Assembly (NCBI GenBank): GCA_037143195.1
Contig: JBAWZD010000001.1
Coordinates: forward strand, 272,892 to 336,891
Length of the DNA: 64,000 nt
From: a bacterium
GTDB taxonomy: Bacteria > Patescibacteriota > Minisyncoccia > Phycocordibacterales > UBA9973
Reading direction: 5' to 3'
Below the pieces are notes generated by a model. It saw only the letters and a program-made list of their open reading frames with translations. It made no database searches and was not told the DNA's origin. Of this stretch, positions 49,401-58,876 are shown piece by piece; position 1 is the first letter of the stretch, and each line of letters starts with the position of its first letter. A program made the translations under genes and the position numbers.

Positions 49401-49602
49401 CCACAATGACACCCTTTGTGATAGTTAGCGTTGCACCTGAAGTAATGTGAATGTCGTTTGTGAGCACATAGGGACTTCCTGAGATATCCCATGTTGTGTC
49501 GCTCGTAATATCCGCAGTTACATTTGTAGAGGCACTACTTGCGTGCGGAAAAATAGAAAAACAAATCGTAATAAAAATAAATCCAACTATTTTTTTAAGC
49601 AT
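46411..49602 (-). CDS. Large surface protein: parallel beta-helix plus LCAT-like alpha/beta hydrolase (lipase/acyltransferase) plus C-terminal TM anchor
   Basis: Signal peptide, SPYV/NWW...GP beta-helix flanks, PVIIIPGIAG, FPYDWR, AHSMGG, GTPHLGAP, GDDTVP. Confidence 0.85.
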   Translation of the reverse strand: MLKKIVGFIFITICFSIFPHASSASTNVTADITSDTTWDISGSPYVLTNDIHITSGATLTITKGVIVENGLGKRPLDLGFTITSGNLLVQGTSDQRVTFKNLIINGTNASITLSYADVLRVQVLTKSTVDISYGALSSLSLADSSIATVSHTTIDAELASLALAPSYIQGRSILHFDDGVIRNMSPNGNALQTRDNVTVTLTNSLIEADAIGVTVTVDSSVTFEKCTVQHAKKAGIFVEKHPTEPWDNNRLIVHDSVITQNEHGIEIRNAPVQVAISGDSFVGNTIAVDRPDPVPIVIGENWWNSANGPKNTTSNPDGDGEAISDSIVVKSWLKSNPFETKIQSIDAHTPVIIIPGIAGTQLLRSDTHTEVWPNIAEMIRSTSDSFLDYLRLDASGKEQDSHVDLGDIIREYPQVHIFNSLITSFTSRGYVEGKDLFVFPYDWRMSVGQSAQRLQQTITSVLATTGYSDVTLIAHSMGGLVAKQYIANEGDAHIHKLIFLGTPHLGAPKAFTMLEFGDNLGASVLGFNLLNPKRIFALSQNLPSVYDLLPTKTYIDGVGRGLRYVRDLMTTTVSTMHQAYLDYENTKQLLIRSGRNTSLFPQAEDLHTAIDSLHLPESKTYNYSGCGRTKTIGSVTLRKKFSWTSTGRTFVDDYDLGYVNGDDTVPLASSLLDGVQQLFVRGASHSTLPSASGVPESIQAVISGEQNPSSDNVSTDKTTCGVSGTIVSKHSPVRMDIYDTNGNHTGPVSDGTIEYGIDGVTYDEIGEDAFAFLPSGTSYRVTNTATDVGGYDFRVKKIDCYDVVTKEYYFHDIPIALTGVVSRIQIDDALNTPTLVVDAGEGIDGAVYAPSSTVSGSAVDDSVAPISSASFSDTGILTLSASDADSGVLEIEYSIDGGVTWNQYQSSFDASGATVQYFAIDSVGNTEDVKTVTVPEKKEEKHEDTSIAPSNNTTNRNSGSAQLISPPDVPAPTQAITQSVTPIHTLTDTSILVTQSTHMIDSSSKKIANAKHTGTIKEGVNFVETERNDVLRADAQHSGFVVKKWMIIVGLLLLACVWYFIHR

Positions 49603-49812
49603 ATTCAAAAAAAGTGTACCGTATCAATTTTGTTTTGAATACAAAACTGGGGATGTTGGTTTTATGTTTTCTTGACGAACGTATTAGGAAAAATACATCT
49701 AGATTTTGCAACAATAATGATAAGGTTCTTTGGAAAACACGCGAGAGTACGGTTCATATTCTTTCCGTACATGAAAAAACTCCCCTTTGCGCGGGAGTTT
49801 TTTCGTTTCGTT

Positions 49813-51555
49813 CTATTCTTTTTTTTCTTTTTTTGGATACCACGTTTCGTCTTTTTCAATCAGTCCAAGCTTCTCAAGACGTGCGCGGATTGATCCAGGT
49901 TGTCTTCCAAAATCGTGCGAAAGTTGTTTTTGGGAAATGCCTGCATTGAATTGAATGGTAAGTGCGTCATCTTCTGCTTCGTTCCATGGCATGTATGCAT
50001 TCGGATATTTTTTGCGCATTTCAGCGACTCGCTCTGCCCACGTGAGTCCGTCTTCATTCACATTCGGTTCCTTTGGAGTTTTTGATTTTTTCGATTTTTT
50101 TTCCTTTGGTTCTTTTTTTGTACTCGGTACTGACTCAACAAATAGTTTGCCTCCCATACGGAGAACAAATTCTCTTTCCAATGTGTCATGCTCTGCTTTT
50201 GTAAGCTTGGAAAAAATACTCACATTGTCCTCACTGTCAGCTTGCAGTTTGTCATCAAGCGCAAGTACGGCAGGATCCATTTGAAGCGCATTGTCCGCAA
50301 ATCCAACAAGCCGGATACCGGCAAGCGTACGCACACGAGACAACGCAACATATCCCATACCGTAGGTAAATGTCTTAGAGAGATCAATCTCGGCCGAATC
50401 AAGACTCATCCCCTGACTCTTGTGAATTGTAATCGCCCACGCGAGTCGGAGCGGATACTGCGTAATACTCGCTTTGACTCGGCCGTTCTCTTCGACTTCC
50501 CAATCCATTGCTTGTACGGAGAGCCGTTTGCCCGTGGCGTAAATTTCTACGATTGGCTCGCCACGAGAATCAAATCCACGAATCGCTCCGCGTGTTCCGT
50601 TCACGTATCCGGCTTCGTAATTATTTTTGATGAACATGACCTCCGCACCAATTTTGAGTTTGAGTTGTTCGGGAGCAAGACACGATTTCTTGAGTGCGGC
50701 GACGAGTGGGTCGGCACCGGTACCTGCCATGTGAAATTCTTTTGTATCACCGGCAAGTTTTTGGAGTTCAGCATAATTGATCGCGTCAACATCAATATTG
50801 TGTGTATAGAGCTTGGTCGGAAATGCGTTTGAGACCGAAGCATTGAGACGATCTTTGATGAGCGCCTTGTGTGTGTCCTCTACCATATTGGCACGCATCG
50901 CATTGAGAATTTCGAGAAATGTATCATCTTCTTGACGGTGCTGTTCGGTGAGATAGCAAATAGCAGGCTTCATGGCGCGCCATGCACGAGAATGAATGAC
51001 CATATCACTTTCGGGGATTTCTTCTTCTTGGAATTCTACGCCTGTGTCGAAGTCGATGAAGAGTTCGCCTTGAGGCGCGGCAGGCGAAGCCTGCCGCGCA
51101 GTAACCACTCCCGCTCGCGAGACCGGAGGCAGCTGAAAAAAATCCCCCGAGAGGATCACCTGCAATCCTCCAAAAGGTAAATCATTTCGTTTAAATCGCC
51201 GACACACTCGCTCGACCATATCGAGTCGATGCGCATGAAGCATAGATACCTCATCGATAATGAGCACTCGGGCTTTTTCAAACCGTTTCCAGAGATATTG
51301 CTTTTGTTCGAGCATATCCATATCAGCATCGGTCAAAAATTCTCGGATACCGATTCCCGCCCATCCATGGATCGTCTGACCGTTCATGTGCGTGGCTGCA
51401 ATGCCCGTAGACGCGGTAATAGCGACAGAGATGTCTCTTTGCTCAAGCCACTTGATATATTCACGGAGTGTATGCGTTTTGCCCGATCCAGCTGAACCAG
51501 TCAGATAGACATTCACCCCCGTTTTCATAATGGCAAGAGCCTGCGCTTGAGTCAT
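49813..51555 (-). CDS. PIF1-family DNA helicase with C-terminal HTH-like domain
   Basis: GSAGSGKT, IIDEVSML, PFGGLQVILSGDFFQLPPV, TIHKSQGMSL, YVALSR. Confidence 0.93.
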   Translation of the reverse strand: MTQAQALAIMKTGVNVYLTGSAGSGKTHTLREYIKWLEQRDISVAITASTGIAATHMNGQTIHGWAGIGIREFLTDADMDMLEQKQYLWKRFEKARVLIIDEVSMLHAHRLDMVERVCRRFKRNDLPFGGLQVILSGDFFQLPPVSRAGVVTARQASPAAPQGELFIDFDTGVEFQEEEIPESDMVIHSRAWRAMKPAICYLTEQHRQEDDTFLEILNAMRANMVEDTHKALIKDRLNASVSNAFPTKLYTHNIDVDAINYAELQKLAGDTKEFHMAGTGADPLVAALKKSCLAPEQLKLKIGAEVMFIKNNYEAGYVNGTRGAIRGFDSRGEPIVEIYATGKRLSVQAMDWEVEENGRVKASITQYPLRLAWAITIHKSQGMSLDSAEIDLSKTFTYGMGYVALSRVRTLAGIRLVGFADNALQMDPAVLALDDKLQADSEDNVSIFSKLTKAEHDTLEREFVLRMGGKLFVESVPSTKKEPKEKKSKKSKTPKEPNVNEDGLTWAERVAEMRKKYPNAYMPWNEAEDDALTIQFNAGISQKQLSHDFGRQPGSIRARLEKLGLIEKDETWYPKKEKKE

Positions 51556-51570
51556 GCCAGCCATTATAAA

Positions 51571-52662
51571 CTAAAACTGCGTCGTATGTGGGGTCCCGAG
51601 ACCCGTAACGTAATCGTACCGTTTTCGAGCCGTACAGTAGAAAATACAAGCCCCGTTTTTCCCGCTCGTAATATCAGTAAAATACTGTCCATTTGTTGTG
51701 AGCATTTTGTCTTTATAAAAATTTGTATTTGATGCGCCGCTTCCAAGAGTCGCAAGTGCTGCCCACTGCGGAGCCCCCGCCGAAGTCCCTCCGACCGTCC
51801 TCCAGAGACCTGCATGCACAATGGGAAATCCTGTCCTCGGATCAGCGTCGTACGCAACATCTGGAATCGCACGCATACCCATTGATTTTAAAATTGAATA
51901 CCCAATTTGATATGGTGGAGCTTTTTCATATGCGCTTATTCCTCCGCCACTTCCTCGCCATGCGGTTTCTGCATGAGGTTTTTGCATTCGGTCAAAGATG
52001 ATTGTCGTTCCACCAACAGCAACAACATTCGGTGACGAAGCTGGCCACGACACACCCGCACCATTGTCGCCCGAAGCCGCGAAATAGACTGCTCCACTTA
52101 CATTTACAAAATGTGAATCAAGCGAAACCTCTTCGGGGAACTCTTGTCCGCCCCAACTCATTGAGACAGACGAAACATCTCGCCGAGTAGAAACGTAATC
52201 GAGCGCATCGAGAAAATTCGCCCCAGATGGAGTCGTCGCCGACACAAGCAAAATATGTGCATTCGGTGCAATCGCATGTGCCCATTCAACGTCGAGCGCT
52301 GTTTCAAGTGCCCAACCGGTATCAGACTTCACCTGTGCACTCATTCGGTGCACTTCAAGACATCCATTTTTGGTGGTACATGCAGGTAAGGAAAATTGTG
52401 TATCAAAGTCTGCGAGATCTTTCTCAATTGAAGCATTCGTATATGCACCAATGATTGCGATTGTTCCGTGACCACCGCTCGACGGCAAATGATAGAGTGA
52501 TTTTATCTCATCAGGTGTAACACCACTCGGTTTTGATCCTGTGCTTTTGTACACATGGATCGGTGGCCGACCAACATAATTGGCAAAATGATACGATGCC
52601 TCACTCGAAGATATTGGTATTAATCCAAGCACAATACTCATGACAAAGAATTTGATTTTCAT
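51571..52662 (-). CDS. Secreted S53 (sedolisin/kumamolisin-like) peptidase
   Basis: E..LDVEWAHAIAP, ASGDNG, GGTSAGAP, YDYVTGLG. Confidence 0.9.
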   Translation of the reverse strand: MKIKFFVMSIVLGLIPISSSEASYHFANYVGRPPIHVYKSTGSKPSGVTPDEIKSLYHLPSSGGHGTIAIIGAYTNASIEKDLADFDTQFSLPACTTKNGCLEVHRMSAQVKSDTGWALETALDVEWAHAIAPNAHILLVSATTPSGANFLDALDYVSTRRDVSSVSMSWGGQEFPEEVSLDSHFVNVSGAVYFAASGDNGAGVSWPASSPNVVAVGGTTIIFDRMQKPHAETAWRGSGGGISAYEKAPPYQIGYSILKSMGMRAIPDVAYDADPRTGFPIVHAGLWRTVGGTSAGAPQWAALATLGSGASNTNFYKDKMLTTNGQYFTDITSGKNGACIFYCTARKRYDYVTGLGTPHTTQF

Positions 52663-52740
52663 ATCCTGAGTATAAATTTAAAAATCAAAATCTGACAAGA
52701 AAAATCGTGGACAAGTTTTTGCAAAGAAAAAGATAATAAA

Positions 52741-52891
52741 ATAAAAAGTAGCGACGGAGGTAAAAACCCTAGTCGCTACTAGCCTCTTGTGAGGCTTTAC
52801 ATTTTTGGCTATGGAATTAAAGAAACAGGCAGCCTACCCATGCCAGGCTAAACCAAAAACCTTCTGCACTTACAGACAACCTCTTTAATTC
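52741..52891 (-). ncRNA. Putative structured small RNA
   Basis: TTGACT-17-TAGAGT promoter (52926-52898), closing stem GAATTAAAGA/TCTTTAATTC, two internal hairpins flanking single-stranded AGGTTTTTGGTTT, terminator AGTAGCGAC/GTCGCTACT plus T-run. Confidence 0.55.
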
Positions 52892-52934
52892 ATAGGCACT
52901 CTACTAATAAACAGCACGAGAGTCAATTCTCGTC

Positions 52935-52966
52935 GAAAAAGGCCCCGCGTACGCGGGGCCTTTTTC
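52935..52966 (-). terminator. dnaK terminator (perfect palindrome)
   Basis: GAAAAAGGCCCCGCGTACGCGGGGCCTTTTTC just after the dnaK stop. Confidence 0.85.
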
Positions 52967-52979
52967 TCCTCACAAAATG

Positions 52980-54866
52980 TTATTTCGTTTCAGCATCCTG
53001 CACATTCTCTCCATTCACCTCTGGATTCTGAGGTTCTGCAGTCGTGCCTGTCTCTGGTGTAGCTCCAGCTTTTTGCATCGCTTCACCGATCTTCATCATT
53101 TCAGTCGAGAGTTCTTCTGTCGCTTTTTTGATACCCTCAACATCACTTGAATCCTTGGCTGTACGGAGACTTGCAATCTTCGCCTCAACACCAGACTTCA
53201 CGTCAGCCGATACTTTGTCGCCAGCATCTTTGAGCGCTTTTTCGGCAGTGAAGATCGTCATTTCAGCAGTATTCTTCACGTCAGCTGTTTCCTTTTTCTT
53301 CGCATCTTCATCAGCATGAAGCTCGGCATCTTTTTGCATTTTTGCAATATCTTCTTTTGAGAGACCTGAACTTGCTTCGATGCGAATACTCTGACTCTTG
53401 CCTGAAGCTTTGTCCTTCGCTGTTACAGAAAGAATTCCGTTTGCATCAACATCGAAAGTGACTTCGACTTGTGGCATACCACGTGGTGCTGGTGGAATAC
53501 CTTCGAGAACGAATCGGCCGAGTGATTTGTTGTCGGCCGCCATTGGACGCTCACCTTGTGAAATATGAATCTCGACACTTGTCTGATTGTCGGCAGCCGT
53601 TGAGAATACTTGAGACTTCTGTGTTGGGATTGTAGTGTTTTTCTCAATGAGCTTTGTTTCGACACCTCCGAGTGTTTCAATACCAAGAGAAAGTGGAATC
53701 ACATCAAGGAGAAGCACGTCACGCACGTCACCTTTGAGCACTCCACCTTGCACTGCAGCTCCGAGTGCCACGACTTCATCTGGGTTCACGCCCATGTGTG
53801 GCTTCTTCTGGAAGAATTTTTCCACCTCAGCCTGAAGTGCTGGCATACGAGTCTGACCTCCGACAAGAATCACTTCATTGATTTCAGTGACTTTGAATGG
53901 ACTTGCTTCGACTGCACGCTTGGTAATCATCATTGCGCGATCGATAAATTCACGAGTGAGATCTTCGAGTTCTGCGCGCTTCATTGTGCGAACGAGGTGG
54001 AGTGGTCCAGCCTCACCGCTCGTGATGAATGGAATATTGATTTCAGATTCGATTGCAGTTGAGAGTTCAATCTTTGCTTTTTCTGCGGCATCATCGAGAC
54101 GCTGACGAGCAAGTGGATCTTTGCGGAGGTCGATACCATTTTCTTTCTGGAATCCTTCTGCAAGCCAGTTCATAATCTTCTGGTCGATATCTTTTCCTCC
54201 AAGGTGAGAGTCTCCATCAGTCGACTTCACTTCAATAACATCATCACCAACTTCGAGAATCGAAACATCGAATGTTCCTCCTCCGAAATCGAAGACTGCA
54301 ATCTTTTCATTTTTGTTTTTGTTGAATCCGTACGCGAGTGCAGCTGCTGTCGGTTCGTTGATGATACGCTTTACATCGAGACCGGCAATCTTACCTGCAT
54401 CCTTCGTGGCCTGACGCTGTGAGTCGTTGAAATATGCGGGAACGGTGATGACAGCTTCAGTGATTGTTTCGCCAAGACGAGCTTCAGCATCAGCTTTGAT
54501 TTTTTGCAAAATCATTGCGCTGATTTCTTCTGGGCGAAGCCACTTGTCTGCCATCTTCACTTCGATACCACCATTAGTACTTTTGCGAACTTCAAATGGC
54601 ACACTCTGAATATCCTTCTGAACATCAGCTTCATCGAAATTGTGTCCGATAAAACGCTTGATCTGATAGATCGTGTTTTTTGGATTCGTGATACTCTGGC
54701 GCTTTGCCGTAATACCCACGAGTCGGTCGCCATTCTTGCCCTCGGCAATGATTGACGGAGTCGTGCGCTGACCTTCAGCGTTCTCAATGATCTTTGGCTC
54801 ACCACCTTCGATGACGGCGAACGCACTGTTTGTTGTACCCAAGTCGATACCAATGATTTTTGACAT
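52980..54866 (-). CDS. dnaK: Chaperone DnaK
   Basis: [40 protein letters not shown]. Confidence 0.98.
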   Translation of the reverse strand: MSKIIGIDLGTTNSAFAVIEGGEPKIIENAEGQRTTPSIIAEGKNGDRLVGITAKRQSITNPKNTIYQIKRFIGHNFDEADVQKDIQSVPFEVRKSTNGGIEVKMADKWLRPEEISAMILQKIKADAEARLGETITEAVITVPAYFNDSQRQATKDAGKIAGLDVKRIINEPTAAALAYGFNKNKNEKIAVFDFGGGTFDVSILEVGDDVIEVKSTDGDSHLGGKDIDQKIMNWLAEGFQKENGIDLRKDPLARQRLDDAAEKAKIELSTAIESEINIPFITSGEAGPLHLVRTMKRAELEDLTREFIDRAMMITKRAVEASPFKVTEINEVILVGGQTRMPALQAEVEKFFQKKPHMGVNPDEVVALGAAVQGGVLKGDVRDVLLLDVIPLSLGIETLGGVETKLIEKNTTIPTQKSQVFSTAADNQTSVEIHISQGERPMAADNKSLGRFVLEGIPPAPRGMPQVEVTFDVDANGILSVTAKDKASGKSQSIRIEASSGLSKEDIAKMQKDAELHADEDAKKKETADVKNTAEMTIFTAEKALKDAGDKVSADVKSGVEAKIASLRTAKDSSDVEGIKKATEELSTEMMKIGEAMQKAGATPETGTTAEPQNPEVNGENVQDAETK

Positions 54867-55005
54867 ATTTTTTATTAATTATTAATAATTTGTAACAAAA
54901 TAAATTCGAACTCGCTGATTATATACTCCCCGTCAAATTTTGACAAGTTTTTAGCGACCGCGAAATCTATGTTGAAATATACGTAGGATATGCTAAGATT
55001 GGTGC

Positions 55006-55533
55006 ATGGCAAAAAAGGCTGATTTTTCAAAGAAAATCCTCAATTCCCTCTCTGGCAAGAAGGCGGTCAGTATTCCTGAGCTCAAGGCCGGTTTTAAGCC
55101 GACTTCAGAAGAGGCATATGCCGTAACGCGCAGTATCAAAAATCTCGCTTCTACGGGGCTTATAGAAACGCACGAAGCGGGTCAAAATGACTTCGCTCGC
55201 CTCACCCAAAAGGGCAAGCAAAAAGTCGCCGCCCTCAAGCTCGATAGCTCAAATTCCCTTGCCAATCCAAACTGGGATGGCAAATGGCGCATCATTCTCC
55301 TCGACCTTCCAGAGACACGCAAAGCTGAGCGCGAGAGCTTGCGCTACCTGCTCAAAAAAGCCGGATTTACCCGTCTCAAAAACTCAGCGTGGGTCTCCCC
55401 ATTCCCGTTCGAATTCCTCTTCCAAAACCTTAAGCAAGATTTTGGCCTCACCACAGAACTCATGATCATCGTCACGAGTTCACTTGATGCCGAGACAGAG
55501 GCAGAGCTCAAACAATTCTATTTAATGCACTAG
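55006..55533 (+). CDS. PaaX-like transcriptional regulator (wHTH plus Cas2-like central domain)
   Basis: RLT.KG, WDGKWRIILLDLPE, L...GF..L..S.WVSPF. Confidence 0.8.
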   Translation: MAKKADFSKKILNSLSGKKAVSIPELKAGFKPTSEEAYAVTRSIKNLASTGLIETHEAGQNDFARLTQKGKQKVAALKLDSSNSLANPNWDGKWRIILLDLPETRKAERESLRYLLKKAGFTRLKNSAWVSPFPFEFLFQNLKQDFGLTTELMIIVTSSLDAETEAELKQFYLMH

Positions 55534-55874
55534 TTTTCGCTTTCAAATACGACAGCAGGACGAGTCTCGACTGTATACATGCGATCCCAAAATTGCTTCA
55601 TGAGTTTGTCTTGGAATTTGTAAAAATCGGCACCAGAAATACTTGGATCTTCTGAGCTAAAAATCGCATCAAAATACTCATAGACTTCGTCGAATTTGCT
55701 GTCGAACAACTCAGGGTGAGCATCGAAAACACGCTTCATCGCGCGAAAAATATCGCCGTATTGTTTGAACTTAAACAGTTCACTCATTTTTTTGAACGCG
55801 CGGTCATCGCTATACGGAGCCATTTCCATTGCGACCTGAGCGGCACCTGATTCGTTTGTGTTGTTTGTATCCAT
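55530..55874 (-). CDS. Hypothetical protein
   Basis: 114-aa ORF from ATG 55874. Confidence 0.6.
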   Translation of the reverse strand: MDTNNTNESGAAQVAMEMAPYSDDRAFKKMSELFKFKQYGDIFRAMKRVFDAHPELFDSKFDEVYEYFDAIFSSEDPSISGADFYKFQDKLMKQFWDRMYTVETRPAVVFESEN

Positions 55875-55938
55875 TACCCTATTATTGCACATCTTTTGTT
55901 TGCGTGGTAGAACTACACAAACCAAAAATTTTATTCCT

Positions 55939-56289
55939 ATGTGTGAGCTTAAAAATGATATCCTTCTGCAATTAGCAAACGGAACAATACTAGAGATAAC
56001 ATTGCTAAAGCAAGATGTCCAAATTATTTTTGGACTCGGTACAACCACAGACAAAAGTGAGTCCTATGCAGTACAAATGAAAATTTGTAAAACGCAAGTA
56101 GAAATTATACTCATGCAAAGTATATTTTTGCATGGAGACTACAGAATCGACCACCATGTTTGCATCTTCAAAGGTTGTCCTTGGGAATCAAAGGATCTCT
56201 ACGGAGCACAACGAACAAACTACCGTGCTGTGGGTTCTTGTAAGTACACACTCGTCAGTGTTGGAAAAATGATTCCATTCGATATGTAA
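55939..56289 (+). CDS. Orphan hypothetical protein
   Basis: 116 aa, AAACCAAAAATTTTATTCCT leader, terminator at ~56292-56325. Confidence 0.6.
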   Translation: MCELKNDILLQLANGTILEITLLKQDVQIIFGLGTTTDKSESYAVQMKICKTQVEIILMQSIFLHGDYRIDHHVCIFKGCPWESKDLYGAQRTNYRAVGSCKYTLVSVGKMIPFDM

Positions 56290-56331
56290 GAGGGAGCGAC
56301 AACGCTATATGTTGTCGCTCCCTTTTAACAT

Positions 56332-56934
56332 CTATTCCGTTGTATGTGCGTACACCTTCACACGAGCAGGACGAATAACGCGGTCACGCATCTTGTATCC
56401 TTTTTGCATCACAGCCGCGACGGTATGTTCTTTCGCAACTTCATTTGTCGGAACGGTATCAATCAAGTCGTGAATATTTGAATCTGCGAGGTCACCTTCC
56501 TTCGGCGCGATTTCAGTCACCCCATTGTCGAGCAATACTTTCACGAGTTGCTGTTGAATATATTCAACACCCATTCGCCAACTCTTGTCGACTTTTTCCC
56601 ACGCCTCTTTGTTTGCAAACGCCATGTCGTACGCATCGAGCACGGGAAGCAATTCTTCAGTGAATTGTTCACGAGCGAAATCAAGTGTCTGCTTTTTACG
56701 CTCGTCCTCGCCTTTTTTGTAGTTGATAAAATCAGCGCGTTCCTTTTGCCAGTTGGTCAGATAGTCGGCTTTTTCTGTTTGCGCCGTCTTTAAATCAGCA
56801 CGGAGTTTTTTGATTTTGTCGGCAGACAATGCCTCGCCTTCCCCTTCGGCCGTCTCTTCAAACACGACGTCGTCGATTGGTGCGCCGTCATTGTTCTCAT
56901 CCATTGGTTGTGTTGTTTGATCAGTATCTTTCAT
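56332..56934 (-). CDS. grpE: Nucleotide exchange factor GrpE
   Basis: RADFINYKK, LLPVLD, QKGY....VIRPARVKV. Confidence 0.95.
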   Translation of the reverse strand: MKDTDQTTQPMDENNDGAPIDDVVFEETAEGEGEALSADKIKKLRADLKTAQTEKADYLTNWQKERADFINYKKGEDERKKQTLDFAREQFTEELLPVLDAYDMAFANKEAWEKVDKSWRMGVEYIQQQLVKVLLDNGVTEIAPKEGDLADSNIHDLIDTVPTNEVAKEHTVAAVMQKGYKMRDRVIRPARVKVYAHTTE

Positions 56935-56994
56935 GCGCCTATTCTATACGTCTCGTAATTTTTTACAAGTTGACACGAAGCATATTCACCTCGT

Positions 56995-57543
56995 TTATTT
57001 CCATGCTTGGAAATATGGAGCGACAACATTCACGAATGGAGAATTCGCAAAGAAGATAACAAGATATAAGAGAATAAATATGAGGGGGACATTTTTTTCG
57101 ACGAGCGAGAGCGGATAGTATTCACTTGGCTTCTTGCCACGACCGAGAATCTCCCATTCCGTCTCAAAGAGCGCGGCCGGAAGTTTGCGTTCGAGACGGT
57201 GAATCACGCGGAATTTCGCCTTCGCGAGCTGACGATATGATTGCATTGCCTGCCACCACGATCGACAGATGACAATGCCGATGAAGGGCACGATAGTGAA
57301 GATGAGCGTCGTAGAGTGCGCGACTTCTTTGGTCTCGATATATCCGAGCACGGCCATAATGGCAGTATTGATACCAAGAAAGAATTCGTTTGATTGCTGA
57401 CGACGTTCGGCCGTGTTGCCGAGCACGCGCAAATAGATTCGATACTGTTCGAGATAGTGACGAATGTAGAGATTCGGATATGTTTCCTTGTGTTCGGTTT
57501 GTTCACCAACGAGAAGCTGATCGATTTTTTCATTCGAAATCAT
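56995..57543 (-). CDS. Small integral membrane protein (RipA-like family)
   Basis: LEQY..Y......RR...N.FF..IN, W.....SY.QL...KF.VI..LE..LP...F..EW, 3 TM. Confidence 0.65.
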   Translation of the reverse strand: MISNEKIDQLLVGEQTEHKETYPNLYIRHYLEQYRIYLRVLGNTAERRQQSNEFFLGINTAIMAVLGYIETKEVAHSTTLIFTIVPFIGIVICRSWWQAMQSYRQLAKAKFRVIHRLERKLPAALFETEWEILGRGKKPSEYYPLSLVEKNVPLIFILLYLVIFFANSPFVNVVAPYFQAWK

Positions 57544-57630
57544 ACATATAGTATATATCAATGTAGTTTGGCTTAAGCATTGACGATTCATCAATATTGT
57601 TTTAAATTGATGACAAACCAAAAAAAAATT

Positions 57631-58116
57631 ATGTCACAACCAAAAATTGATCAGTTATTCCCACCACTCGTAGGGGAAGGCCATGCGGCCAAATTAAAAA
57701 TGTATTCTCTAACAAGCGACGAGGTGGTCGCTCAAATGGGAACATATCCCAAAAAAAAGGATGGGGATATGATTATTGGGACCATCCCCCCAACACTAGC
57801 GATCTTGGAAACAAGGTACGTGAAAGATGTCAAAAGAATCAATGAGCTTAAGACGCTCCAACTCAGAGCAGAACTAAACCAGGAATATAGTACTGGAACG
57901 CTTTATACGGAGGAAGCAGCGATTATCATCGCGAAAATCAGCATAATTAAAATGAAATTTAATGCTCTTTCGGAGCAATTTTATTCAACGTATAATTTTC
58001 ACGCACTATCGTTAAGAGTAAACGGTATGGTCGTAGAAGTTGCACTTGAAAAAGAACCAATTGATAATGATGCGGAAATATCGATCGTTTTCCCGCCAAG
58101 CCTATTCCCAAGATAA
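57631..58116 (+). CDS. Orphan hypothetical protein
   Basis: TTGACG promoter, AAACCAAAAAAAAATT leader, terminator at ~58135-58165. Confidence 0.65.
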   Translation: MSQPKIDQLFPPLVGEGHAAKLKMYSLTSDEVVAQMGTYPKKKDGDMIIGTIPPTLAILETRYVKDVKRINELKTLQLRAELNQEYSTGTLYTEEAAIIIAKISIIKMKFNALSEQFYSTYNFHALSLRVNGMVVEVALEKEPIDNDAEISIVFPPSLFPR

Positions 58117-58265
58117 TTAAAAACAAATTTATAAAAAATACCCAGCGCAATGTTGGGTATTTTTTATACCCAATTCCCTCTTTCAATTTTAACAACGAAG
58201 CACGGCACGCGGACAGATTTGACAATTCATCACTTTAATTTTAATGTGTCCACAAAACCAAAAAG

Positions 58266-58682
58266 ATGGAAAAGATAATGATTTCATATTTACAAGCTGC
58301 TGCTCTTGTAAATAATGAGGCTACAATCGATAATCTCATTGCTCCCCCGGAGCAAATTGATTTAACGAAATACTATCTTTCCCACAAACCAGACAATGGG
58401 GTGTATGTGGGAAAAATTGAGCAAGAAATCGCTCTTCATTTTTGGTGGGCTCATTTCTACGAAAGAGTCACCAAGGGGTTGACCCACCACTTGCTGAAAG
58501 ACTCAACACTAACGTTGAGCAAAGAATGGCTCGCTCGAATTCATTACCTAATTGATGAAGCAAGTCTACTTCATCAAAAAGCAATGAACGAGGCATTCAC
58601 AATGCTCGACGAAGCCTACCCTGAGATGGTAGGCAAAACAATTCTCCTTTATCCTGATAATTATTTCCGAGTAAAGGAATAA
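58266..58682 (+). CDS. Orphan hypothetical protein
   Basis: TTGACA promoter, AAAACCAAAAAG leader, terminator at ~58685-58724. Confidence 0.65.
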   Translation: MEKIMISYLQAAALVNNEATIDNLIAPPEQIDLTKYYLSHKPDNGVYVGKIEQEIALHFWWAHFYERVTKGLTHHLLKDSTLTLSKEWLARIHYLIDEASLLHQKAMNEAFTMLDEAYPEMVGKTILLYPDNYFRVKE

Positions 58683-58876
58683 CAAAATTGCCACCCTCCT
58701 ATAAACCTTGGGGTGGCAATTTTTTCGTCCAAAACACCCTATATTTGAGAGATATTTCGCTCCTTGACTTTTTATACGACTGGTGATATAATTCTCTTTG
58801 CAAAGAAGTTGGGTTCGAAAGGAGTCGATTTGAAGAGCAGACTACATTTGTATTTAGAAGTTTAAACAAAACACCA

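Noticed and set aside
55006-55533. Cas2-like domain suggesting a CRISPR locus
   Set aside because: It is the central domain of a PaaX-like regulator. No cas1, other cas genes or repeat-spacer array were seen in the window.
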